A stretch of 64,000 nucleotides of DNA from a virus (lineage: Duplodnaviria; Heunggongvirae; Uroviricota; Caudoviricetes). Shown here piece by piece: positions 36,211-46,793 of the stretch. The DNA is taken from IMG/VR virus record IMGVR_UViG_3300028886_000034, positions 54,081-118,080 of that record; one strand, given 5' to 3'. The first letter of the stretch is position 1, and every line of letters begins with the position of its first letter. The translations under genes were made by a program, and so were the position numbers. A model generated the notes under the pieces. The model was not told the origin of the DNA and did not search any database. It saw only the letters and a list, made by a program, of their open reading frames with translations.

Positions 36211-36601
36211 AGAGAAGAAGTTTTATTTTGATCTTCTTAAGAACTTAGGGATCACATCTATTAATTGTAATGTAGAAGAGAATGTTCAATATGATGCTTT
36301 ATATGATTATTGTGTAGATAGGGATTTATATCACAGAGGAATTGTAGATGAAACTTCAGATGAATTGGTTTTAATCCCAGTTTATTGGGAAGAAAAACCC
36401 ATATCTAAACTATGGGATGCTGAATATTATGTCGCTGATATATTTGCCGAGTATGTTCCTGAATCAGTGCTTATTAAGTGTACATTGATTAATAAACTTC
36501 GAGATATTGAGGAGTACATTATGTGTGCTTTTTCAAAAGAAGAGTTTGAGAAGAATGGATTTAAAGTAAATATTAACGTATATTATCCTGAGGAGGATTA
36601 A
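36185..36601 (+). CDS. hypothetical protein (about 138 aa); non-ATG start, overlaps upstream gene in +1 frame
   Basis: There is no in-frame ATG for about 100 codons. The only candidates are GTG 36185 or TTG 36182 just after GAAAGG. Confidence 0.35.
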   Translation: MLELSQIFREKKFYFDLLKNLGITSINCNVEENVQYDALYDYCVDRDLYHRGIVDETSDELVLIPVYWEEKPISKLWDAEYYVADIFAEYVPESVLIKCTLINKLRDIEEYIMCAFSKEEFEKNGFKVNINVYYPEED

Positions 36602-36605
36602 TATT

Positions 36606-37532
36606 ATGAATACTTTAGACAAAGAAAAAATTGATGAGTTTGAGCTGAATTGGCATACTATTGTAGCTAGTAAGTACTATAAGTATCTTGATAAGTATGG
36701 TGGCTTTGAAATAGATGTTCCAAAAGAAGAAATAGAAACTGAAGACTTTAAGAAATTTGAATCAGCTTTACTTGAACTTTCGGTTATGTTGGATTTGTCG
36801 GATATACCGGATACTAATGAAGTTACAGTACATAATTGTAAATTGGATCTATCTGTCTCAGATGTATTCTCAAAGTTTTTAGATAGTTTTTATTATTTAA
36901 GAAATAATTTCTATTGGAGTCCAGGTAATTATGATGATTATGTGGATGCGGATAGATTAACTACAGATATTTATAGAGAAGTACTTCCACTTATCTTTAA
37001 AGTAAAAGATGAAGAGCTTACTATTGATGATAGATGTACTTTTGAATGGTTGAAAAACTATATTAATAAGAAATTTGATATTAAAAATTATGTTAAGGAA
37101 GATAAGAAAGAGATTATAAAACAAGTTCTTAAAACTTTTGAAATTCCCTTTGATGAGAATATTGGTACTGATGAATTGATTGCATTTAATGAGATATTTA
37201 GGAAATATAATTGTTTTAATGCAGTTAAAAATGATTATGAGCGAGTTGTGTATAAGAATGATCTGCTTGAAACTGAACTTAAAACTCTTAAAGAAGTTAA
37301 GGCATATGAAAAAGAAAAATCAAATACTAAGTATCTTACAGTTCAGAATGAGCTTTGCAATTATAAGATTACTTATGATGAACTTAGAACAGCGTATGAA
37401 TGCAGAAAAGAAGAACTTAAAACTTGTGAAAATAAGCTTAAACAGTTTAAATCTTGGATGAGTTTCTTCATTGGAACAACTATTGGTGCAATTGGTTATA
37501 TCATTTATCTAGTATTCTTTTCAGTAAAATGA
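36606..37532 (+). CDS. hypothetical protein with C-terminal transmembrane helix (308 aa)
   Basis: The C-terminus FFIGTTIGAIGYIIYLVFF is hydrophobic. Confidence 0.55.
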   Translation: MNTLDKEKIDEFELNWHTIVASKYYKYLDKYGGFEIDVPKEEIETEDFKKFESALLELSVMLDLSDIPDTNEVTVHNCKLDLSVSDVFSKFLDSFYYLRNNFYWSPGNYDDYVDADRLTTDIYREVLPLIFKVKDEELTIDDRCTFEWLKNYINKKFDIKNYVKEDKKEIIKQVLKTFEIPFDENIGTDELIAFNEIFRKYNCFNAVKNDYERVVYKNDLLETELKTLKEVKAYEKEKSNTKYLTVQNELCNYKITYDELRTAYECRKEELKTCENKLKQFKSWMSFFIGTTIGAIGYIIYLVFFSVK

Positions 37533-37649
37533 TTAAATTTATTGCTGGTGCAGTTTTTGGATTCCTATTGTGTTCAATTATTGTATCTAGTAAAGAATAG
37601 TAATTTTTCTTGAACAAATATAGAGGGTCATTCACACTAAAATTACAGG

Positions 37650-38894
37650 GTGACTGGCTCTCTATATTTTTATATATTTAACGGAGGTGACAATACCATA
37701 TCATCATTACACCAGACTATTATTAGACGAAGAGATTATGTTGAAGAATATAAAAAGTTAACTTATGAACAGTATGCTAAAGAGCATGTTGTTATAGATT
37801 GTACGTATTACCATTTAGATAAAGATGAATCAGTGTATGATCAAAATTATATGTCAACATATAGACCTGATGGTAAGTTAACAGGTTTAAAGTATTCTAA
37901 GATACATAATCTAGCAGTATTGTTCTCCCAAAATGCTACACCACATGCTTTAAATAGTTCTGAAAAAGGATTAAACTATATGGACCAACAAACCAGTATT
38001 GTTATTGATACTGTTTGTGGATTACATCCACATCCTGGAGATAGAGTTATCTTTAAAATATCTAATGACTATTCTACTTGGGTGGTTACTAATATAACTA
38101 AATCAGGTACTTTTGATATAACATATTATCAGTGTCAGTTAAAACAAGAAATGTTTAATTATAATTTTGAAAAAGAAAATGTTCTTACTCAAGAATACCA
38201 ATACGATGAATTCACTAAAAGAATCTATAGTACTTTTAATGCTGAAAACTATAATAGAAATATAACCAGGCTTAATAAGGTTATTGATTATCTTAATAAT
38301 GATGATAATTATCATGATAATATCGGGTATCACTTCTATAATAATATAGCTTTTCCACAGTTAGAAACTATAATTGCAACTCATGATAAGATCTCACCAC
38401 CAATAAAGATATTATTAAATGAAGGTTTTGATGTTAAAATACCATTAAACAGTATTTTTATATTGTGGGCTATGATAACTCAGTTTGATAATACTCATAA
38501 GTTTTTAAATAGAGTAAGTACTACTTCCAAAGATTCTGTTTTAAATCCTAAGGTAAATTTATGGAATGGTTATTCTGAAGCTTTAGTTGGTAGTTCAGGT
38601 ACATTGTTAGGGTCAATGTTTTATGGTAAAAAAACTGCTGAATTTAATGCAGCTACTAACTTTTTATTAGATTGTCAAAAGAATAATACTTATAATGTAA
38701 GTTTAATAAATAAATACCCGAATAGTCCTATTTGTAATTTAGCTGATGAAATTGCGGAATATACTTATAGTAGTAACCCAATGGTATATCCAGATAGTAT
38801 GTTTGCTACTAATCTATTTGAAGCTATGGTAGAGTATTGTCAAATCAATAAAGAATTATTAGATATTGAGAATCATAAGGTGGTATTAGAATGA
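37650..38894 (+). CDS. hypothetical protein (about 400 aa); start codon unresolved
   Basis: The long ORF has no in-frame ATG or GTG downstream of the GGAGGTG site at 37685. The 5' end overlaps an imperfect terminator-like hairpin. Confidence 0.45.
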   Translation: MTGSLYFYIFNGGDNTISSLHQTIIRRRDYVEEYKKLTYEQYAKEHVVIDCTYYHLDKDESVYDQNYMSTYRPDGKLTGLKYSKIHNLAVLFSQNATPHALNSSEKGLNYMDQQTSIVIDTVCGLHPHPGDRVIFKISNDYSTWVVTNITKSGTFDITYYQCQLKQEMFNYNFEKENVLTQEYQYDEFTKRIYSTFNAENYNRNITRLNKVIDYLNNDDNYHDNIGYHFYNNIAFPQLETIIATHDKISPPIKILLNEGFDVKIPLNSIFILWAMITQFDNTHKFLNRVSTTSKDSVLNPKVNLWNGYSEALVGSSGTLLGSMFYGKKTAEFNAATNFLLDCQKNNTYNVSLINKYPNSPICNLADEIAEYTYSSNPMVYPDSMFATNLFEAMVEYCQINKELLDIENHKVVLE

Positions 38895-39646
38895 GTGTCA
38901 ATATCAGAGAAAATATTTGTGAAGAAACATTACATAATGTTGAAAAGAAGCTTTTAAGCAGAAGAGTTCCTATAAAACTATTTAAAGAACTAATAACTGC
39001 GTCTAAAGATTTAGATTTTACTAAAGTTAATGATCCAGTTATTAAATCTAGATATCTCGAATCTAGAAATAAAATAGAACCGTATTTTAGATCAGTTATA
39101 TATCAGTCAGTATATACTTCAGATGATGAAGATAATACTAGATATGAAGAACTTATAAATGTATTAATAGATTTATTTTCGATATTTGATACAATTATAG
39201 AAGGTAGACTTTATATAACTGATATTGCACAACAAGAAACTTCAGTTATTAATGATTTCTTAGATTCATATGGTTTCTTAATTCATAGAATATTTGAAAC
39301 ACCAATTAAGATAGAATTAGCACAACATATCTATAGAAATATTAGATTAAAAGGTACTACAGAACTTCTTACTATTCTATTATCACACATAGGCTTTAAT
39401 TCATATCAGATAGATGAATATGAGTTAAACTCTTTGGATGGAGAATTTGTATTAGCTCCACATACAACATATAGAAGTCATGGAATATCTGGTCAAACTG
39501 TAGATGTATACCCAATCAAAGTAGAAGATTTAGATGATATTCTGTGGACAGTTACTGATGAAGAATTGAGAAGGATATTTAATAGGTCATTATTAACTTT
39601 AGTTCAAGAAGAAGATACTACACCTGAGGAGGATGAGAATCCTTGA
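38891..39646 (+). CDS. hypothetical protein (251 aa)
   Basis: An ATGA start/stop overlap couples it to the upstream gene. Confidence 0.55.
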   Translation: MSVNIRENICEETLHNVEKKLLSRRVPIKLFKELITASKDLDFTKVNDPVIKSRYLESRNKIEPYFRSVIYQSVYTSDDEDNTRYEELINVLIDLFSIFDTIIEGRLYITDIAQQETSVINDFLDSYGFLIHRIFETPIKIELAQHIYRNIRLKGTTELLTILLSHIGFNSYQIDEYELNSLDGEFVLAPHTTYRSHGISGQTVDVYPIKVEDLDDILWTVTDEELRRIFNRSLLTLVQEEDTTPEEDENP

Positions 39647-39879
39647 GAACCTATAAACTTATACCTAAGAATAAAAAGTATTCTGAAACCTCTGCATACA
39701 TAACTCCACAGGCATCTAGTATCCAAAAAAATAAAAGACTTGATGAAGCAATATTTGATGCTGATCCAGAAGAATTTACTGGGCCAAAAGATGCTATTAA
39801 ATGGTGTAATGAGAAGTTTAAAGAGTTAGGAGATAAGAAGTTTAAACAGATCTCACAGTATTTACACATTTATTTATAG
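39643..39879 (+). CDS. small hypothetical protein (78 aa)
   Basis: The ORF is coupled to the upstream gene. Confidence 0.4.
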   Translation: MRTYKLIPKNKKYSETSAYITPQASSIQKNKRLDEAIFDADPEEFTGPKDAIKWCNEKFKELGDKKFKQISQYLHIYL

Positions 39880-39982
39880 AATAATATAGACTTTTGAAAG
39901 GGGGAGGTGACAGAATATATTTAATTCACTTCCAGTACAGACATCTTATTTTACAATAAGTTCTTTATCTGATAAGCATACT

Positions 39983-41764
39983 ATGAACAAAATAGCTATA
40001 GCTATGGACATAGTAAGACAATATTCTGAAAGGCTTAATGCTTTTGGTGAAGAAACGAAGTTATACACAATTGATGGATATGGTGAGAGAGTTAGTTTCA
40101 GAGATTTGGTACTAGGGTATCTTTATGCATTTTGTAATATCTATGGAGAGGCTGGTTCATGGTATGGATATCCTAAATATCTTAATTACACTTTGAACAT
40201 CTTATATGGCGATGGTATTATTGGATGGAATAGAGTTGTCACCAATCCTGTCATAGATATTCCTAAAGCATTAAAAATATATGATCATTTAAGTGCTACA
40301 GCAGCTTCTTATAAAGATAAGTATGCTAGATTTGAAGTATTTAAGAAAATGTTCTATAGAAATGGTACAAAATATCATAACTATTTCTTAGATGGTACGG
40401 ATGCTCTTAATTCATTTGGCCAATACTTATCATCAGGTATACTTTTATATAATGAAAACCAAGATTTTTATAATTATTGTAAAAGTAAAATAGATAACTT
40501 TGCTAAATTAGCTGCTAATGAAGCTAAGAATGTTTCTGTTCCAACTAAGTTAAAGTATTTGTTTGATTCTAAACCAGTTGCTACTATGTATGATGCTGAA
40601 CCTGCGGATGAATCATATAAAGATGGATTATTAAATATAAATTCAGTTATAATACAGGCAAATCAATTTTATTTAACTTTCTTAACATCATTTGAACAAA
40701 TTTTATATCAGTATACCAGGCAAACCTTTCCATTAAAGTTATTAGGTACTTTAACTAATTTATACAGTAGTTATACTAAGTTAATAGTAAACTATCTTAA
40801 ACCATATCATGCTAGAATGATTGATTTGGCACCAATTATTAGATTTGGTTCTGATATATCTGATACAATGTCTGTAGGAGATCAGTTAACCTATAATTTA
40901 ACTCAACAAATCTATACAGATGTATATGAATGGAATTTTGATAATCCCTATGATTATAGACCTAATAACTATGACCAAATGAAAAAGATTACTGAAGATT
41001 TTTATTTTGGTGGTAGTCCAGATGATGAAGACAATCCTGGAATTACATATCAGTTAATTGATGAGTGGAGATATAATCATAGAATTGATGAAAAACTTTG
41101 GTATACTGATAAGTTTGATAAAGATATCTTTGAAGATTTTAATGTAATAGTTGATAGTCAAGAACAAGAAGTTGGTATTAATACGGATGATATTCCTGTA
41201 GAAATTTATCCATCTATATTATATACTACTTTAAGCAAGTATGATTCTTTAGCATATGACTTTGTAACTGGTACTATAGAAAATCTATTAGATAGAGATT
41301 TAGTTTTAATTACTAAACAATATAATTCTAAAGATCAGTATAGACTAACTAATATTAAAACTGTTAAACAGGATATTGATGAAAATATCAGTAGAACTAA
41401 GATGTTAGTTTTATTAGATGATATATACCATGGATTTACTTCAGAATTTACCTATACTGTTATTGGAGAAAGATTTGAAGGTGAGTATGTTATTAATCCA
41501 GAAGAAGTATCTGTAATTAAATATACTAGAATGAAGATACCTAAGGTTAATGATATATTTAGAGGGAATAAACCTCCAGTTAATGATATGTCACAGAATC
41601 CAATTTGGAAGAAGTTAAATTCTAATCAGGACCTTACGAGAGAAGAAATACCTTTAATAGATGGATACCATAATTTTATTAGAGTATTAATATACTTACC
41701 TGCACATTGTAAAGCAGTTTTGCCAAAATTTACATATGAGTGCAGGATAAAACATTATACATAA
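39983..41764 (+). CDS. hypothetical large protein (593 aa), probable virion component
   Basis: It sits in a long co-directional block of large genes preceding the tail genes. Confidence 0.55.
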   Translation: MNKIAIAMDIVRQYSERLNAFGEETKLYTIDGYGERVSFRDLVLGYLYAFCNIYGEAGSWYGYPKYLNYTLNILYGDGIIGWNRVVTNPVIDIPKALKIYDHLSATAASYKDKYARFEVFKKMFYRNGTKYHNYFLDGTDALNSFGQYLSSGILLYNENQDFYNYCKSKIDNFAKLAANEAKNVSVPTKLKYLFDSKPVATMYDAEPADESYKDGLLNINSVIIQANQFYLTFLTSFEQILYQYTRQTFPLKLLGTLTNLYSSYTKLIVNYLKPYHARMIDLAPIIRFGSDISDTMSVGDQLTYNLTQQIYTDVYEWNFDNPYDYRPNNYDQMKKITEDFYFGGSPDDEDNPGITYQLIDEWRYNHRIDEKLWYTDKFDKDIFEDFNVIVDSQEQEVGINTDDIPVEIYPSILYTTLSKYDSLAYDFVTGTIENLLDRDLVLITKQYNSKDQYRLTNIKTVKQDIDENISRTKMLVLLDDIYHGFTSEFTYTVIGERFEGEYVINPEEVSVIKYTRMKIPKVNDIFRGNKPPVNDMSQNPIWKKLNSNQDLTREEIPLIDGYHNFIRVLIYLPAHCKAVLPKFTYECRIKHYT

Positions 41765-41793
41765 TATAATAGAAAGAGGAGGGAAAGCTTCCT

Positions 41794-42384
41794 TTGAATT
41801 TTAATAAAAAGAAACTATTATCTTTTACAGATAATGTTAAAGTAAATGATTCTTTTGGTATAAAAGGACATTTTACTATGAAAGAAGTAGATACCGGAAA
41901 AGTTATAGTTGATAAAGATAATCATATAGTTATTAATGGAAGATCTTGGTTAATGCAGAAGATGTTTGGAATGCCTTTAACTCAAGATATTAATTCTTAT
42001 ACTTGGACCCCAGGATGGTTTAGTATGGGTAGTGGGGGATGTGCTGTTGATGCACCATTTATTCCTATATGGCCTACTGATACTGATGATAACTTATTTA
42101 ATCCAGAAGTATTTGGTAATACTGGCGGACAGTATTGCTCAGTAGATAATAGATTTAAGTTAATTGATTCAGTATCATTTCCTTCTAATCTTACAGCTAA
42201 ATTAACTATGACTTTAGACTATAAAGATTTAACTGATAAATATGTTAATGAAGCAGGTATGTTTATTGGAGAAACTACATCATATGATAATACTAATTTC
42301 GTAATGTTCTCACATGTAACATTTCCTACTTATTATAAGAGCATCTATCAGAAAGTCTCTATAGAATGGTTCTTTAAGTTTTAA
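41794..42384 (+). CDS. hypothetical protein (196 aa)
   Basis: An AGGAGGG Shine-Dalgarno precedes it. Confidence 0.55.
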   Translation: MNFNKKKLLSFTDNVKVNDSFGIKGHFTMKEVDTGKVIVDKDNHIVINGRSWLMQKMFGMPLTQDINSYTWTPGWFSMGSGGCAVDAPFIPIWPTDTDDNLFNPEVFGNTGGQYCSVDNRFKLIDSVSFPSNLTAKLTMTLDYKDLTDKYVNEAGMFIGETTSYDNTNFVMFSHVTFPTYYKSIYQKVSIEWFFKF

Positions 42385-42398
42385 AAAGAGGTGAGATA

Positions 42399-43784
42399 AT
42401 GGCAGTAATTACTACTGATTGGGATGCAATCCAGGAACGTAATATAGATCCGCATTCTCCAGTTACATCTGATAACCATAATAAATTACTTAAAACTTTT
42501 GGTAATTTTAAGATGTATGTTAATGGGTTTGATATTAGTATTAAACCTGATGCATCTTTACATAAAATCTTAGCTACAGTATCTATTGGTACAGCATACG
42601 TTCAATACATGGTTATTGAAATGACTGCTGATTCAGTATTAGAACTTTGTGAAACTCCTACTAATGCTGCTGAATATTATATCGTATTAGAGTATACTTA
42701 TAGAAATATCCAGCCTGTTCCAATTGCTTATATTAAAGTAATCAGAGCTGAAAACTGGACTCCTAGTAATCAGTTAAGACTTTATAAATTTAATACTGAC
42801 AATTGGACCGGAACTCCAGCTCAAAGTGTATTAGATGATTGGTGGGAAGATGGTAATTTAGAAGATCTTAGAAGAGATGTTGAAAATACACCTACTTGGG
42901 CTAATACTACTTATTTAAGATTAGATGGTAAAAATGTTGCCAGTTCTAATATTAAAATTGATGCATATCCAGTAGATGATAATGATATTACTAATAAAGG
43001 TTATGTGGATGATCTTGTTTATAATAAACATCATGATGCACATAATGATTACTTTGTCAGAAAGAATGCTAATAACGATTCTTCTTTATTTGGAACTGTT
43101 ATTGAGAACATTGATATTGCAAAAGGAGATCCATATCTTAAATTAACTGATTGTACTGTTGATGATGATGGTTCAGTTGAGAATAAGGGTGGATTAACTA
43201 TGGCTGCTACTAGTAATTATGCATATATCGATGTTAGTAAAGATGTATTTAGAATTTCTATTGGCGGCCAGGATCCTTCTAAATCCTATAATAGTGAAGC
43301 TCAATCTGGTACTAAAGTAGAAATTAATAGCAGAGGTATTACTGGAGCTCTCTGGTGTGCTGATGTTGCTGAATACTTCACAGCTGATAGTTCTATTGAA
43401 GAAATGCCTGAAGAAGGTACGTGTATCTGTATTCATAATGGTAATGCAGTGTTTTCTTCAGATGAAGGAGACCCCTCAGTCATAGGATGTGTATCTTATC
43501 ATCCTGCTCATATATTAGGCGGTAGTACTGATTTTGAAAAAGAGTTTAAAGAAAAGCATAAGATTCCTGTTGCAGTTATAGGCCAGATTAAAAATGTTCC
43601 TTATTACTCTAGTTATAATTTGGAGCATGGTGGGTTATTAATTGCTGGTAAAGATGGTATGTTTAAAGTAATATCTCAGTTTGATCCTATGAATGTTAAT
43701 GGTTCTGTTATAGGAAAAACTATGAACAGTATTTATCCTACTTATGGTGATAAACCTAATAGAGTGGATGTGATTATAAAGTGA
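42399..43784 (+). CDS. hypothetical protein (461 aa), possible fibre/structural
   Basis: An AGAGGTGAG Shine-Dalgarno precedes it. The assignment rests on size and context only. Confidence 0.55.
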   Translation: MAVITTDWDAIQERNIDPHSPVTSDNHNKLLKTFGNFKMYVNGFDISIKPDASLHKILATVSIGTAYVQYMVIEMTADSVLELCETPTNAAEYYIVLEYTYRNIQPVPIAYIKVIRAENWTPSNQLRLYKFNTDNWTGTPAQSVLDDWWEDGNLEDLRRDVENTPTWANTTYLRLDGKNVASSNIKIDAYPVDDNDITNKGYVDDLVYNKHHDAHNDYFVRKNANNDSSLFGTVIENIDIAKGDPYLKLTDCTVDDDGSVENKGGLTMAATSNYAYIDVSKDVFRISIGGQDPSKSYNSEAQSGTKVEINSRGITGALWCADVAEYFTADSSIEEMPEEGTCICIHNGNAVFSSDEGDPSVIGCVSYHPAHILGGSTDFEKEFKEKHKIPVAVIGQIKNVPYYSSYNLEHGGLLIAGKDGMFKVISQFDPMNVNGSVIGKTMNSIYPTYGDKPNRVDVIIK

Positions 43785-44809
43785 GAAATTTAAAGGAAGA
43801 AGGAGTAGGATTATTTCGAGCACTTAGTAGTGCAGCGTCTAATTCTGGCGCTGCATCTCCAGAAGGATTTCATTTAACTAAGAATATTATAGATCCTATA
43901 TACAGATTTATAATGGGAACTTTTACTGGAAAAACGGGTCAAACAGATCCAAAATTTGCAACAGAAGCTGTTAAAGAAGGAATATTTGGAAATATAGAAT
44001 TAACTTTTGATAACTTCTGTAAATGGATTAAAAGTCTATTTAAAGAGGGAGGTATATTTAATAAAATAGGAAAAGGAATTGGTGGAATTATTGCATCTGT
44101 ATATAAGTGGTTAAGTACTATGCTTGGAAAAATTCCTGGACTTGAGAGTGGTATACCAGGATTTACTGGAATAACCTATGGAAATGCTATTGCTTGCGGA
44201 TTGCTTTCTGCATTAGTTCTTATAGCATTTTATAAAGTTTTTAAAGGTCTTTTAGGCGGGGATAATGAAGAAGATAAATTTGATAGTTATGATAGGTATA
44301 GTGAAGATATAAATAGAGGGAATAAATTAGTTGTTGATTTTTATAATTTTACAGAGCATTTAATATATAATCAGAAATTAGGGCTACTTTCAGAAGGTAT
44401 ATTTGGTGGTATTTTTGAATTTGTTGGAAGAACTATAAGGAAAGGATTTAAGTTTGTAGGTGATATAATTAAGGATGTTTATAAAGGTATAAAAAAGCAT
44501 CCAATATTCTCATTTTTTGTACTAATACTATGCTTTTTTGTTTGTTTTTGCATGAGAAATCCAACAAGTATTGCTGTTACACAGGTAGCCTACGGAAAAA
44601 CTATAGAACTTCAAAAACCTGGCATTTTAGACTCATTGTTAGCTAATACTAAAAATGCAGTATCTAGAGTATGGAACTATAGACCTACCCCTAGAGATAT
44701 TGATAGAGCTAAAACTTCTCTTGGATCTTTGTTTAATACTAGCTTTTTAGGTTTTTCAGAAGATGTTGATTTGGATGTTTATGTAAACACTGTATTTGAT
44801 AAAATATAA
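43781..44809 (+). CDS. multi-pass membrane protein (342 aa)
   Basis: Several hydrophobic segments are present, for example GIIASVYKWLSTMLG, ACGLLSALVLIAFYKVF and PIFSFFVLILCFFVCFCM. Confidence 0.55.
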   Translation: MRNLKEEGVGLFRALSSAASNSGAASPEGFHLTKNIIDPIYRFIMGTFTGKTGQTDPKFATEAVKEGIFGNIELTFDNFCKWIKSLFKEGGIFNKIGKGIGGIIASVYKWLSTMLGKIPGLESGIPGFTGITYGNAIACGLLSALVLIAFYKVFKGLLGGDNEEDKFDSYDRYSEDINRGNKLVVDFYNFTEHLIYNQKLGLLSEGIFGGIFEFVGRTIRKGFKFVGDIIKDVYKGIKKHPIFSFFVLILCFFVCFCMRNPTSIAVTQVAYGKTIELQKPGILDSLLANTKNAVSRVWNYRPTPRDIDRAKTSLGSLFNTSFLGFSEDVDLDVYVNTVFDKI

Positions 44810-44812
44810 AAT

Positions 44813-44861
44813 AAAACTACCCTAACCTAGAATAAAATCTAGGAAAGGGTAGTTTTATTTT
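44813..44861. terminator. bidirectional terminator at the strand switch
   Basis: The stem AAAACTACCCT/AGGGTAGTTTT is flanked by an A-run and a T-run. It sits between convergent gene blocks. Confidence 0.65.
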
Positions 44862-44870
44862 TAATGTGTG

Positions 44871-45416
44871 TTATTTAAAGGTCTTTTCAAAATCGCTAAG
44901 TTCGTGGCTTTTCTGAGCATAAGTATTAAGTTTATCAGTAAGCTTAATCCGATCCTCTGTGTTAAGATTTTCCCAGACCTTAGCCTTAAGTTTAGGAGAA
45001 TACGTATTCCAGTTTTCAGAATGATATTTTACACCAAGGAAGTTTACTGTAAATGACTCAGACAGATAAGTATATGCTTTTGAAATATCATCTTTGTATG
45101 GAATAAGAATTGCATTATTAACAGCTGTAAACAGACCAAAGATAGCAAAACCATATACCAACACAGGTTTAATCTTTTTCATCATATGAATTTCTCCTTT
45201 ATTATGATCTTTAGAACTAGAAAACCGAAGGTTATTGATAGCCTCTTTTAGATTACTTAATCTAGTATCAACATACTCTTTATACGCTTTGAATTCTTCA
45301 TTACAGGTAAAATCTTTTTTTAACGCTGATTTATATTCATCATTAATTTGTATTGCATAAGTACAGTCTCCTACAGCAGGAGGTACCCAGTATGCAGTTG
45401 ATTCAGTGTCATTCAT
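44871..45416 (-). CDS. hypothetical protein with one transmembrane helix (181 aa)
   Basis: ORF only. Confidence 0.5.
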   Translation of the reverse strand: MNDTESTAYWVPPAVGDCTYAIQINDEYKSALKKDFTCNEEFKAYKEYVDTRLSNLKEAINNLRFSSSKDHNKGEIHMMKKIKPVLVYGFAIFGLFTAVNNAILIPYKDDISKAYTYLSESFTVNFLGVKYHSENWNTYSPKLKAKVWENLNTEDRIKLTDKLNTYAQKSHELSDFEKTFK

Positions 45417-45419
45417 ATT

Positions 45420-45767
45420 TTAATTAAACTCCTCAATTTCACTCATCAGTAGTTCAGTCTTAGGATCACACTTAATGATTCTACCAGTACCTTCACAATC
45501 AATACAAGGGATTTTATTACCAGTATTATCAAACATAAATCCAAGTCCCTTACAACTCTTACACAGTTTAACTTTCATAATATCTTTATCAAAATCAACA
45601 ACATTATTTACAATATCACTAATCTGATATTCAGAAGCATTAGTTCTAACTACAATTCTACCAGTACCTTTGCAGTTAGCACAAACTTCTCCACCTTCAC
45701 TCTTACCAGTACCCTTACACTCCTTGCAAATCTTAATCTTCATCGACTCAGGATCATAGTTAAACAT
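45420..45767 (-). CDS. DnaJ-type cysteine-rich zinc-finger protein (four CxxCxGxG repeats, 115 aa)
   Basis: The four repeats are CKECKGTG, CANCKGTG, CKSCKGLG and CIDCEGTG. A GGAGG Shine-Dalgarno precedes the ATG at 45767 on the minus strand. Confidence 0.5.
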   Translation of the reverse strand: MFNYDPESMKIKICKECKGTGKSEGGEVCANCKGTGRIVVRTNASEYQISDIVNNVVDFDKDIMKVKLCKSCKGLGFMFDNTGNKIPCIDCEGTGRIIKCDPKTELLMSEIEEFN

Positions 45768-45768
45768 A

Positions 45769-46059
45769 TTACTTTTCCTCCTCAATATTAATAGGTTTAT
45801 TGTTAATACTAATATTACCATTTGAATCAACTACAATAGAGTTATTTTTAACTTTAATAAATGTACAACCTTTTAAATTCTTTACACAAACATCTTGATT
45901 AATGTAAATACTATGGTCATCACTATACACTTTAGTTCCTAACTTTTTTAATTCTCGTTCTTCTCCAAATTGAACAATAACTGCCATTAAAAATAATATT
46001 ATAAATATGCCAAAACCAATCCCAAGCACTAACTCAAGGCCATTAACAAACCAGGTCAT
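45769..46059 (-). CDS. small membrane protein, paralog 1 (96 aa)
   Basis: An N-terminal transmembrane segment begins MTWFVNGLELVLGIGFGIFIILFL. The C-terminus reads ...ISINNKPINIEEEK. Confidence 0.5.
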   Translation of the reverse strand: MTWFVNGLELVLGIGFGIFIILFLMAVIVQFGEERELKKLGTKVYSDDHSIYINQDVCVKNLKGCTFIKVKNNSIVVDSNGNISINNKPINIEEEK

Positions 46060-46333
46060 GTTTTTCTTCCTCAGGCTTAAACGGTTTGTTATTAATAGTT
46101 ATACCGCCAGTGCGATCTATTACAATAGTATTCTTCCCAACGTTAATGATACTGCAATCATTAACTTTTGTAACAAACACATCATCACTAATAATCACAT
46201 TAGAATCTTTATTTTCCTTTTCAGCTTTCTTTTCACTAAAATACTTGATAAAACACATCAACCATAAAAACACAAATACTGCAAGGCATATACCAAACAC
46301 TAGTCCAAATCCATTAATAAACCATGACATCAT
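46043..46333 (-). CDS. small membrane protein, paralog 2 (96 aa)
   Basis: The N-terminus MSWFINGFGLVFGICLAVFVFLWL and the C-terminus ...ITINNKPFKPEEEK are homologous to the neighbouring gene. An AAGGAGG Shine-Dalgarno precedes the start. Confidence 0.5.
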   Translation of the reverse strand: MMSWFINGFGLVFGICLAVFVFLWLMCFIKYFSEKKAEKENKDSNVIISDDVFVTKVNDCSIINVGKNTIVIDRTGGITINNKPFKPEEEKHDLVC

Positions 46334-46343
46334 TTTTTCCTCC

Positions 46344-46649
46344 TTAAGCATATTGTTCTGATTCTTCTTCATGAAGAATATAACTAAAAGTTACGTGTTC
46401 CAAAACATCATATGTAGATACTCTTACAGTATAAAGTTTTACTTGTAAAGTCATTTTACTAAAATCAAAATTATGAAAATCATGCAGAGGAGCAGTACTT
46501 ATAAATAGATATACCTTTTCCAGTTCTTCTTGAGTTAAAAGCTGTTTGAACTCATTCCACATATTTTTATAATATTCTGGCATAGGATTGATACCGTCAA
46601 TATCTTCCAATAGAGTGAATAAAAAGAAATTCATCTGATTAGATTTCAT
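46344..46649 (-). CDS. hypothetical protein (101 aa)
   Basis: ORF only. Confidence 0.45.
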   Translation of the reverse strand: MKSNQMNFFLFTLLEDIDGINPMPEYYKNMWNEFKQLLTQEELEKVYLFISTAPLHDFHNFDFSKMTLQVKLYTVRVSTYDVLEHVTFSYILHEEESEQYA

Positions 46650-46793
46650 TGTAGCTTACCTCTTATCCCGATAGTTTAAATATAGACAAAACCAATCTAC
46701 GCATTTTAAAACTAGGATAGTTGCGCATAAACCACCTAATACTATCCCAAAAGAGCTAATAAAAAACTTTAAAAACATACTTAAATAGTCCAT

